Shown here one piece after another: positions 40,639 through 48,669 of a stretch of 64,000 nt of DNA. Numbering within the stretch: the first letter of the stretch is position 1; each line of letters begins with the position of its first letter. A model generated the notes under the pieces. It was not told where the DNA came from. It saw nothing but the letters and a program-made list of their open reading frames with translations, and searched no databases. This DNA is from Candidatus Nomurabacteria bacterium (GTDB lineage Bacteria; Patescibacteriota; Minisyncoccia; Phycocordibacterales; UBA9973), in assembly GCA_028286485.1 (NCBI GenBank), contig JAQBRM010000027.1, positions 10,632 to 74,631 of the forward strand. The letters are read 5' to 3'. Both the position numbers and the translations under genes were made by a program.

Positions 40639-40753
40639 GTGCTTGGGTCGAAAGACTTGGTCGGCCACAGGAGAAATCCTTAAAGCTGAAGACAAGTACA
40701 TATTCACCACGGAAAAGACCCTTATACAGTTTCGTCTGTATCGGGGGCTTTTT
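40639..40753 (+). ncRNA. Candidate structured sRNA antisense to the NYN gene 3' end
   Basis: TTGACA-18-TGaTACGAT (40603-40632); closing stem GTGCTTG/CAAGTAC; two GAAA-tetraloop hairpins; terminal hairpin 40712-40753. Confidence 0.6.
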
Positions 40754-41279
40754 CATTAAAGGTCTCTATTGCGAGTTCTAATAATGATCGTTGATTGTTC
40801 AAATATGCAATGGGTGCATTTGTTCTTTTTAAAAGCACGGAGCAACGTTTTGCGGGAGCAGGAGAAAGTACCACTTCAATCTGGTTTCTTTCTTTTAGAA
40901 ACCTTACTAAAGGTGCATAGTCCCCATCACTAGCTACAAGTACTGCCCTATTAAGGTCTCCTTCATAAAAATCTTTCACTACATACATCAATAAATCGGA
41001 ATCGCAATTCCCTTTTGTTTTCCCTTTTTGATACAACACTTCTTTATATACAAGAAAAAAATTACTTTCTTCAAAATAGGCATATAAATTTTTGTATTTT
41101 TTAATCCGTCCTATGAAAATATATGCCCGTTCGACTTTATATTTTTCCTTAAGCCAAATTCGAAATCTTTTATAGTCAAGTTTCCATCCTAAACTTCTGA
41201 GAGCTTGATCGAGGTTCGCGGCATCTATGTACGCAATATTAACCTTTTTATCTTCTTTGTTCGCTGAAACGATTTCCAT
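40722..41279 (-). CDS. NYN domain (LabA/DUF88, PIN-like) predicted RNase
   Basis: AYIDAANL, KGNCDSDL and LVASDGDYAPLV acidic motifs. Confidence 0.9.
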   Translation of the reverse strand: MEIVSANKEDKKVNIAYIDAANLDQALRSLGWKLDYKRFRIWLKEKYKVERAYIFIGRIKKYKNLYAYFEESNFFLVYKEVLYQKGKTKGNCDSDLLMYVVKDFYEGDLNRAVLVASDGDYAPLVRFLKERNQIEVVLSPAPAKRCSVLLKRTNAPIAYLNNQRSLLELAIETFNEKAPDTDETV

Positions 41280-41337
41280 GTCCGCCTATTGTATAGGAGG
41301 ACCACTAAAGAATATCTGAAGTTATTATAAATTTTTC

Positions 41338-42225
41338 CTAATTATTGGCAGCGACAAAGGATTTTACTTCATTGATCGGCAATGCAAAGCCGATGCTTTG
41401 GGAGCCAGCGGCAGTCGCCACGTTTACTCCGACGACATTGCCGTCCAATGTCAGCAACGGACCGCCGGAATTCCCCGGATTAATCGCCGCATCGGTTTGA
41501 ATAAGTTTACTCAAATCTTCCGTGGATCCATTCAGGGCATCACCGGCAGTAATATTGCGAGAAAGCCCCGATACGATTCCGGCGGAAATCGAATTATTCA
41601 ATTGTCCCAAGGCGTAGCCGATCGCCACGACACTTTGCCCCAACTGCAGACTATCGGAATTACCCAACGTGACAGGAGGAAATGAAGTGCCGCTTGTTAC
41701 CTTCAGTAATGCAATATCAAGGGTAGAATCTTTCGCCACTATAGTAGCGGCGTAGCGTTTACCGCCGGCGGTAACAGCTGTAAAGGTTGCTCCATCAAAA
41801 TCCACCACATGCCGATTGGTTAAAATTAATCCGCTGCGAGAAACAAAGAATCCGGTTCCCCCGCCGATAGTTTGCATGCTGCCGCTTTGCGCGATACTGC
41901 CATCAGCTTGCACAATATAATTCAGTACCGGCTGAGCGACTTCTATGGAGACAACGCTTTTATTTACTTTTGCTACGGCTGAGGCAACCGTGGCTGGTGG
42001 AGCAATAACAGGAGTTGGGGCGATGGCGGCTGTCGGTAGTGGAGATAGTACCGGCGCCAGTGGTATGGTGGGAGTTTTCACTATCGGCACCGTGGCCAGT
42101 AATACGCGGGCAATACGGGCGCGGTAGTGCCATGCGGCGGCTGCAGCCACGCCTATCACCAGCAAGGCGGAAAGGACCCCTATCACTACCATGCGGATAA
42201 TGTAACGGGCTAAACGATATTTCAT
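41338..42225 (-). CDS. HtrA-like trypsin serine protease without PDZ domain
   Basis: TNRHVV, DIALLK, QTDAAINPGNSGGPL. Confidence 0.92.
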   Translation of the reverse strand: MKYRLARYIIRMVVIGVLSALLVIGVAAAAAWHYRARIARVLLATVPIVKTPTIPLAPVLSPLPTAAIAPTPVIAPPATVASAVAKVNKSVVSIEVAQPVLNYIVQADGSIAQSGSMQTIGGGTGFFVSRSGLILTNRHVVDFDGATFTAVTAGGKRYAATIVAKDSTLDIALLKVTSGTSFPPVTLGNSDSLQLGQSVVAIGYALGQLNNSISAGIVSGLSRNITAGDALNGSTEDLSKLIQTDAAINPGNSGGPLLTLDGNVVGVNVATAAGSQSIGFALPINEVKSFVAANN

Positions 42226-42246
42226 AGCACTATTGTACTTATTCTC

Positions 42247-43062
42247 CTAGGAAATTCCTAGCTGACTACCCTTTTTGATAATAAGCCCCTCTTTCAATAA
42301 AGTCCGGGCTGCCTCCAGAATCCGCTCTTTTTCAAAACCGGTTATTTTTTGCAATTGCCCAATCGTGGCGGATTGAGTAGTCAGTACTTTCACAATACTG
42401 CCCCGCACTTGGCGTAACGAGCCGGCAAATGTACTCTGTTTTTTATACTGCGCACTATTGCGATGAATACGTACACCGATACTTTTCAAATATGATCCGT
42501 AATCCATTAAGGCCCAGTACCATGCTCGGGGATTTTTTTGATCCAAGGTGGTTGCAATGAGTGCCAACAGCTCATTATCATGTACGGTCTCTTTTGCATC
42601 CGGAAAAAAGTGGTGCAGATACACCGTGCGGATATTTGTTTCAATTACCGCTACGGGGCTGTTATATGCAAATGCCATAACAGCACCGGCAGTATACGCA
42701 CCGATGCCGGGCAAGGTTATAAGTTCATTGAAGGTTTTTGGAAAGACTCCGTTGTATTCTTGCATGACCGTTTGGGCCATCTGTTGCAGAAATCGTGCTC
42801 GGCGATTGTAACCCAAGCCGCTCCAGTGCAAGAGCACCTGCTGCAAGGGCGCGCTCGCAAGCGAGCGCGCCGTTGGAAATGCTTTTAAAAATTCCTTGTA
42901 TTTCCCGACTACTCTGCCGGCCTGTGTTTGCTGGAGCATCACTTCCGACACGATGATCTTATACGGGTCGATAGTCAAACGCCACGGCAAGTCATGACGG
43001 CCATGAGTACGGTAATACTGTCGTACGGTTTCAATAAAACGCTTTTGTTGCGCATTGGTCAT
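42247..43062 (-). CDS. mutY: A/G-specific adenine glycosylase, short Fe-S-less form
   Basis: LPWR, VSEVMLQQTQ, WSGLGYNRRA and HhH LPGIGAYTA. Confidence 0.88.
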   Translation of the reverse strand: MTNAQQKRFIETVRQYYRTHGRHDLPWRLTIDPYKIIVSEVMLQQTQAGRVVGKYKEFLKAFPTARSLASAPLQQVLLHWSGLGYNRRARFLQQMAQTVMQEYNGVFPKTFNELITLPGIGAYTAGAVMAFAYNSPVAVIETNIRTVYLHHFFPDAKETVHDNELLALIATTLDQKNPRAWYWALMDYGSYLKSIGVRIHRNSAQYKKQSTFAGSLRQVRGSIVKVLTTQSATIGQLQKITGFEKERILEAARTLLKEGLIIKKGSQLGIS

Positions 43063-43065
43063 TTT

Positions 43066-43215
43066 CTAGAGCGGATTGTCTCCTCGAATAGCGCGAATGA
43101 TGATAAGGATTATCGCCACAATAAGGAGAATATGAATGTAGTAGCCCAGCGCGTACACGCCAATAAGGCCAAGAAACCAAAGGATAACAAGTAGGATTGC
43201 AATATCGATCAACAT
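43066..43215 (-). CDS. lmo0937-family small membrane protein (not in the ORF track)
   Basis: MLIDIAILLVILWFLGLIGVYALGYYIHILLIVAIILIIIRAIRGDNPL*. Confidence 0.8.
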   Translation of the reverse strand: MLIDIAILLVILWFLGLIGVYALGYYIHILLIVAIILIIIRAIRGDNPL

Positions 43216-43229
43216 AGGGTAACTCGTGA

Positions 43230-43703
43230 TTATTTAGCTGATTTTTTGGCTGCCTTTTTCGTTGCGGGCTTTTTTTTCTGGGCAGCCGGCTTTGCAACTT
43301 TCTTCACTTCTTTTTTGACGGTCTTTGCTACTTTTTTGCTCGCGGTTTTCACTGCGGCCATCTTGTGATGGGATTTCACGATCCCTTTCCATTGTTGTTT
43401 CAATAGATTGGCGAAGAGTTTGATTTCCGCCTCACTGATCTTACCGGCTTTGGCGTATTTTACCGCGACTGCATCAACGATTTTTTCATAGGCAGCTTCT
43501 GTCATATCTTTCGCATCTTCCATTTTTTCAATGACTTCTCCCTTCATTTTCACCATCCAGCCCTTCATGGCGTGACGATTTTTCTTCCCTTCCGGTCCGA
43601 AGAAGAAATATGAGGCTGCCGCTACGGCGATGACTCCTGCTCCCACAGCCGCTATTGTTCCCGCTGACATTCCGTCATCTTTCTTTGTTTGTTTTTTCAT
43701 CAT
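43230..43703 (-). CDS. Membrane-anchored protein with histone H1-like Lys/Ala tail
   Basis: N-terminal TM; C-terminal KKVAK and KKAAKK repeats. Confidence 0.75.
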   Translation of the reverse strand: MMKKQTKKDDGMSAGTIAAVGAGVIAVAAASYFFFGPEGKKNRHAMKGWMVKMKGEVIEKMEDAKDMTEAAYEKIVDAVAVKYAKAGKISEAEIKLFANLLKQQWKGIVKSHHKMAAVKTASKKVAKTVKKEVKKVAKPAAQKKKPATKKAAKKSAK

Positions 43704-43748
43704 GATTGTATTTCTTACGTTACTGCTATTAATTCAGTATACCACAGG

Positions 43749-44006
43749 CTAATGATCCAGCTTTTTCCGTTTTTTGGCTATACCGAACATCCATGAAAAT
43801 ACCTTGCTGTTCACCAGCTTGAGAATAAACCCCTTGGTGGTGTCGCTGATATTGTCAACATCTTGCTCGATTTTCTTGGTAATGTGCAAGACGCTATGAA
43901 AAAATCCGATGATGTACATCAAGGCAACCGCCAAGAGAATAAACACGATACCAAAACCGATGGTGGCAACAACGAAAAACGTGTCTGCGTGGGATACCAT
44001 ATTCAT
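43749..44006 (-). CDS. Small membrane protein
   Basis: TM followed by a short coiled coil; TATACT 6 nt upstream. Confidence 0.65.
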   Translation of the reverse strand: MNMVSHADTFFVVATIGFGIVFILLAVALMYIIGFFHSVLHITKKIEQDVDNISDTTKGFILKLVNSKVFSWMFGIAKKRKKLDH

Positions 44007-44021
44007 ATTTTCAGTATAGCA

Positions 44022-44453
44022 TTATTGGGACGCTTGTGGAGCAGTGGAAACAGAAGGTGGGGGCAATTCCCGAATGAATCGTGCGGCAATTTGCGACTGC
44101 GCATTAGGATCACCGATGGCCACGATATAATCCCCTGCTTGTATGTCAGTAGATGCCAAGGTATCCCGCATCCGTCGAATGATGGTTTGTGGACCAATCA
44201 AGATGGTTTTTTCCGTACCATCACGATCAGCAATGGTAACGGCGGGTAATGTTACCGTCAACACCTTGCCGACCGTTCCATGTGCATCCGAGAAATTTTC
44301 CGCCTGCATGACTCCTCCGTGAAATGCAAATGAGGCCTTGCGAAAGCCGATGTGTTCACCAATTGAAAAACCAGCCAAGAGTAACACGAGTCCGACAATA
44401 CTGATCAGTACTATTTTAAACGTATGCGATTGAAAAAAATCAGAGGTTTTCAT
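44022..44453 (-). CDS. Membrane-anchored protein of the ECF operon
   Basis: TM plus beta-rich domain (DIQAGDYIVAIG). Confidence 0.7.
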   Translation of the reverse strand: MKTSDFFQSHTFKIVLISIVGLVLLLAGFSIGEHIGFRKASFAFHGGVMQAENFSDAHGTVGKVLTVTLPAVTIADRDGTEKTILIGPQTIIRRMRDTLASTDIQAGDYIVAIGDPNAQSQIAARFIRELPPPSVSTAPQASQ

Positions 44454-44461
44454 ATAAGGTA

Positions 44462-44872
44462 TTATACCGCTCTACTAAATACTACGATACGGGTAGCGGA
44501 AAATCGTACCATACTGCGAAGCGACCACAGAAAGGCGGCAATCAACACCAATGCGGCCGCTAACGTGAGCGCCGGCAATGATTCGGCTAAAGATGCCGTA
44601 ATTTCCTTCCATGAAGATATGATAACGCTCCTATCGCTGAATACGAGGGACATATACGCGTCAAAATTGGAAGCGGCAAATGCCTTCATTAAGCTGATCG
44701 CGACCGGTATCAATGCGGCTACCGACACGAATGCCGACATCGCAAAAAGCCGTACGCGCCATAATCGCTCAGCCTGCTTTCTCTTATTCAACGCCGCAAA
44801 AAGACGCTCGAGTATCCGCGGATCAGGAGTGATGGGAATGATGGCAAGAACAGGTTTTTTATCCATATACAT
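44462..44872 (-). CDS. Putative transmembrane anti-sigma factor
   Basis: Immediately downstream of the ECF sigma; two TMs. Confidence 0.6.
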   Translation of the reverse strand: MYMDKKPVLAIIPITPDPRILERLFAALNKRKQAERLWRVRLFAMSAFVSVAALIPVAISLMKAFAASNFDAYMSLVFSDRSVIISSWKEITASLAESLPALTLAAALVLIAAFLWSLRSMVRFSATRIVVFSRAV

Positions 44873-44873
44873 A

Positions 44874-45458
44874 CTACGAAAGGCGGGGGTTTTTTGGTGC
44901 ATTACTGCCGGTCGTGGCAATAGCCTTTTGTAATAAGGCAATACCTCGCCGATAGAGGCTTTTCACTGTATTGAGGGGCTTGCCTGTGACGCCGGAAATT
45001 TCTTCAAATGTCAGATCATCTTCGGCACGCAATATCAAAATTTCACGGTACACAACCGGTAACTGTTCAATGGCCGTATTGAGATTTTCCTTCCGCTCTC
45101 GGGCAATAGCTATTTCTATAATATCAATACTCTCATCCTCAAAAACCGCATCGGCTTCTCCTTCTTCACTGAAATAAGAGAAGGGAATATTTTTCTTTTT
45201 ACGAAGGTGGTCAATGGCGGTATTGCGCGCAATTCGAAAGAGCCACGGGCGAAGACCGGAGCCTCCTTTGAAACGACCCAACTGACGCCAAACCTTAATG
45301 AAGGTTTCTTGAACAATATCTTCAGCTGCGCTGGTATTGTGTACAAACCGATAGACATAGCTATAAATGCCGGCAAAATGCCGCTCGATCAATATGACGA
45401 GTGCGGCTTCATTCCCTTTTCGGTAGGCATCGATAAGCTGCTCGTCTGATTGTTCCAT
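44874..45458 (-). CDS. ECF sigma factor
   Basis: AEDIVQETFIKVW, WLFRIARN, LTFEEIS...NTVKS. Confidence 0.93.
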   Translation of the reverse strand: MEQSDEQLIDAYRKGNEAALVILIERHFAGIYSYVYRFVHNTSAAEDIVQETFIKVWRQLGRFKGGSGLRPWLFRIARNTAIDHLRKKKNIPFSYFSEEGEADAVFEDESIDIIEIAIARERKENLNTAIEQLPVVYREILILRAEDDLTFEEISGVTGKPLNTVKSLYRRGIALLQKAIATTGSNAPKNPRLS

Positions 45459-45487
45459 TCACTCAGTATAATCCATTATGTCGGAAA

Positions 45488-46381
45488 TTACTGAGGGAGA
45501 AATTTGAAACCCTGCATGATACTGTTGAGATCATTATGAACCTGTACCGAATTATAAGCACTGACCCCCATGCTTGGGTCAAAATTTGCCAATACGACAT
45601 AGTGAATAGTGTATTCAATGGCATAACACTGACCGTTACGCACCGTACGATAACTGGTGGTTTCATATCGATTGCCCGCACCCGCATCAGTGGAGACAAA
45701 GGTGGTATACGGTACGCCATTAATGGTAGTAGCGGATTTAGTTACGCCGTTACCGCTGATATCGTTCAAACAATTTGTAACGGCCTTGGGATCACTGGAA
45801 GTACCGACGGTGAACTTGGCATCACCGAAATTTGTTTTCGGCTGATAACTTTGCGGTACATTCACGGTGGCTAAAACAAGTCCCAATGTGCCATCACTAT
45901 TGGCTTTCCAATCTTGTGTGTAGCCAATGCCGCCGCCCGCCAAGCTGAAAGCTTGAGGGTACGTAAAGGTAAATGTCTTGCCCTGATCGGTGAAGGATTT
46001 CAAACCGTTAGTAGCAGTACCGGCGGTGCCGGTCAGACAATTATTATAGGTGGTGGCAGTACCCTCTTTCAAAAATGCTTGGTCGCCTTTATTAATAAAT
46101 AATATGGTCCCTTGCTGGTACTGTGCGCCATCCGCGGCAATAATTTGAGGCAATGTAAGGTGACGCCCGTCAGAAAGAGTCAGATTTACACTACCATCAG
46201 AAAAGCTTGCGGTGATAGTACTGCCGCTATCACAGGTAAACAATGCGGTGGCAGTCACGGGCTGAGTAACCGGTGGAATCGCTGCCGGAATCGGAGTCGA
46301 CCCTTTATGCACAAAGCTGTACCCTACGATGAGCACCAATACCAATAATACGATATAAAATACCATTCTTTTAAATGTCAT
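45488..46381 (-). CDS. MliC/PliC lysozyme-inhibitor domain protein
   Basis: FTCDSG...LPQIIAADGAQY...FINKG after a TM; additional C-terminal domain. Confidence 0.75.
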   Translation of the reverse strand: MTFKRMVFYIVLLVLVLIVGYSFVHKGSTPIPAAIPPVTQPVTATALFTCDSGSTITASFSDGSVNLTLSDGRHLTLPQIIAADGAQYQQGTILFINKGDQAFLKEGTATTYNNCLTGTAGTATNGLKSFTDQGKTFTFTYPQAFSLAGGGIGYTQDWKANSDGTLGLVLATVNVPQSYQPKTNFGDAKFTVGTSSDPKAVTNCLNDISGNGVTKSATTINGVPYTTFVSTDAGAGNRYETTSYRTVRNGQCYAIEYTIHYVVLANFDPSMGVSAYNSVQVHNDLNSIMQGFKFLPQ

Positions 46382-46414
46382 ACATTCAGTATACGCCCCT
46401 CTTTACAGATAGCA

Positions 46415-47141
46415 AAATAAATGGGGACAGGCCCCTTTTTAGTTTTTCTTTAACGGTCATATGTAATGATAGAGAAATGCCAAGACAACCAAGAAATGAT
46501 ACTGGTAATCGAATCTATCATGTAATTAATCGAGCAAATGCGCGGCTTAAAATATTTGAAAGTGACTCAGATTATGAGCTTTTTGAGAATTTATTAATGA
46601 AAGCCCTGAGTCGTTTTTCCATAAAACTATATGCATATACCAATATGCCCAATCATTTCCATTTAGTGCTTTATTCTGAAAAACCTGCTGAGGTTTCAAA
46701 ATTCATGCACTGGTTAAGCGGTGCTTTTACCCAACATTGGCATACTCGACATGCCACCATGGGAAGCGGTCATCTATTTCAAGGCCGGTACAAATCATTT
46801 CCTATTCAAAATGGAAACCACTTACTGCAAGTATTGTTATATGTTGAACGAAATGCAGTTCGTGCAAAATTAGTTAAAAGAGCGGAAGAATGGAGATGGT
46901 GTAGTGCGTGGATAAGAAAATACGGAAATGAAAAGCAAAAGAAAATGCTTTCAGAATGGCCTATTGATGTGCCCAAAGATTATTTGAATGTTTTAAATAA
47001 AACCGATGATGAAAATATTTTAAAAGACATTAGATTCTCTATTACAAAAAGTGTTTCTATTGGGTCAGAGGGAAAAAGACCGCGAGGGCGACCTAGAAAG
47101 AAATAAAGATATTCTAAAAAGGGGCCTGTCCCCATTTATTT
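46415..47141. mobile_element. RAYT element bounded by perfect 28-bp inverted repeats
   Basis: AAATAAATGGGGACAGGCCCCTTTTTAG (46415-46442) and its exact reverse complement (47114-47141). Confidence 0.8.
46477..47106 (+). CDS. REP-associated tyrosine transposase (RAYT/TnpA-REP, HUH Y1 family)
   Basis: MPRQPR...YHVINR, MPNHFHL (HUH), GHLFQGRYKS, YVERN, WRWCS and C-terminal AT-hook PRGRP. Confidence 0.92.
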   Translation: MPRQPRNDTGNRIYHVINRANARLKIFESDSDYELFENLLMKALSRFSIKLYAYTNMPNHFHLVLYSEKPAEVSKFMHWLSGAFTQHWHTRHATMGSGHLFQGRYKSFPIQNGNHLLQVLLYVERNAVRAKLVKRAEEWRWCSAWIRKYGNEKQKKMLSEWPIDVPKDYLNVLNKTDDENILKDIRFSITKSVSIGSEGKRPRGRPRKK

Positions 47142-47374
47142 ACCAATGATTCTTTTTGGGGGCGAGTTAGGCGTTTCAATTCCCCTTCACGGCGACGAAC
47201 TTCGGCGTAAGTAGGAAATGATTCGCTGTAGACGAGGGTTACGGGGCGGCGGATTTTGGTGTAGTGCGCGCCGGCTTTCGAATTATTATGCTGATAAAGC
47301 CGGCGCTCCATATTGTTGGTGGAACCAACATAGTACGTGCCATCATTGCACTGCAAGATGTACGCGTGGAACAT
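47114..47374 (-). CDS. Small GIY-YIG nuclease (UPF0213/YhbQ-like)
   Basis: AYILQCNDGTYYVGST...RLYQHN...YT; C-terminus is encoded by the inverted repeat. Confidence 0.88.
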   Translation of the reverse strand: MFHAYILQCNDGTYYVGSTNNMERRLYQHNNSKAGAHYTKIRRPVTLVYSESFPTYAEVRRREGELKRLTRPQKESLVNKWGQAPF

Positions 47375-47893
47375 TTAAATTTTTCGTGCCCGCCATATGC
47401 GAGCAGCAATTGTTACAAGGATAGTAACCAGAATAACCGCTATGAAGGCAATAAAAGGATTGGGCACGATAGAGGTGATACCGAGCACGAGTAACCAGCT
47501 GGTAATATAGAAAATCATGTTGCCGACAAACAGGTAGAAAAAACTTTCCGCAAATGAGATGTCGAGCCAGGCGGTGATGAAGGCATTGAGGTACGGAAAG
47601 CTGAAATAGCCCAATAGCACCAGATAAATCTTCCGTTGGTGCTTGCCCATGTAGGCGGTAAGCCGCAGCGACCATTTCACCGCAAATGCTTTTACCTTGC
47701 CATTATTGAACCTTTTTTTGGCATAACGTCCGATTGCATAGCCGATAATAATATCAACCGTAGTGGCGATGATGAATAACAGGGTGATGATCCATATCGA
47801 ATAATCCCATTGATGGGTTTTTACCAGCAGTCCGTTCAATGTAACGGTTTCTTGAACGAACAGTATTAGTATCACCCACGGCCATTGCTTCAT
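47375..47893 (-). CDS. DedA-like membrane protein
   Basis: Multi-TM with DIIIGYAIGR. Confidence 0.55.
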   Translation of the reverse strand: MKQWPWVILILFVQETVTLNGLLVKTHQWDYSIWIITLLFIIATTVDIIIGYAIGRYAKKRFNNGKVKAFAVKWSLRLTAYMGKHQRKIYLVLLGYFSFPYLNAFITAWLDISFAESFFYLFVGNMIFYITSWLLVLGITSIVPNPFIAFIAVILVTILVTIAARIWRARKI

Positions 47894-47896
47894 AGT

Positions 47897-48649
47897 TTAA
47901 AATACATCAAATTGCAGATACAGCGGCGCGTGATCAGAGACCACATCCGGCATAACCTTGAAATCCTCCACTAATACTTCCGGTGATACGAACACATAGT
48001 CGGAATGCTGATCATCGCCGGTATAGAGCGGCGTGCGCGTGGAGGTGACGCCGTACTTGCTGATGAGGTTGGTGAAATTCTTTTCCAGCAGTTTGATGCT
48101 TTCGGTCTGCGCATTGAGATTGAAATCCCCCACCATTATTTTCGGTGTCAGCCCGACGGATTCGATGAAGTCGTTGAGGATTTTCGATTGCTGCAAACGG
48201 TTCGGCGTGTCATCTCTGCCGCGGGCATCCCAGTGGCCGTGCACATTCATGATCATGACATCCTTGCGTCCGTGCTGGATGTGCATCCATTGCATCTTGC
48301 GGGTATGATCGCTGGTTTTGTCATGGGGATCAAAGTCCGGATTTTCATACATGACCAGCTCACCACTGGCAATCAGTCCGATGCCTTTTTTCAAAAAGAT
48401 GGCAATGCCAAAAACATTCTCGGCAATGGGACAGAAGTACTGATCGAAGTCAGCCAGAATATCAGTGATTTCCTGCAGGATATTGCCATTGCCTTCATCG
48501 TGATTGATGTAGTCGCCGGTCGCCCCGTCGTAATTATTGAAAATTTCCTGGAAACAAAAAATATCCGTTTCCACCATGTGCTCCTTCAAAAAAGCGTCAA
48601 ACGCCGCTTTTTCCCGTCCAGCCCATGTGTTAAGCGTGATTAATTTCAT
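47897..48649 (-). CDS. Endonuclease/exonuclease/phosphatase family protein
   Basis: TLN, FCFQE, GDFN, DYVF, SDHAPL. Confidence 0.92.
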   Translation of the reverse strand: MKLITLNTWAGREKAAFDAFLKEHMVETDIFCFQEIFNNYDGATGDYINHDEGNGNILQEITDILADFDQYFCPIAENVFGIAIFLKKGIGLIASGELVMYENPDFDPHDKTSDHTRKMQWMHIQHGRKDVMIMNVHGHWDARGRDDTPNRLQQSKILNDFIESVGLTPKIMVGDFNLNAQTESIKLLEKNFTNLISKYGVTSTRTPLYTGDDQHSDYVFVSPEVLVEDFKVMPDVVSDHAPLYLQFDVF

Positions 48650-48669
48650 ATTGTACCCCTACTATACCA

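Noticed and set aside
43031-43297. 88-aa ORF from the track
   Set aside because: It overlaps two real genes; another frame encodes a recognisable lmo0937-type protein at 43066-43215.
46375-46476. N-terminal extension of the RAYT ORF in the ORF track
   Set aside because: It runs through the inverted repeat and overlaps the divergent gene; the family-typical start MPRxxR is at 46477.
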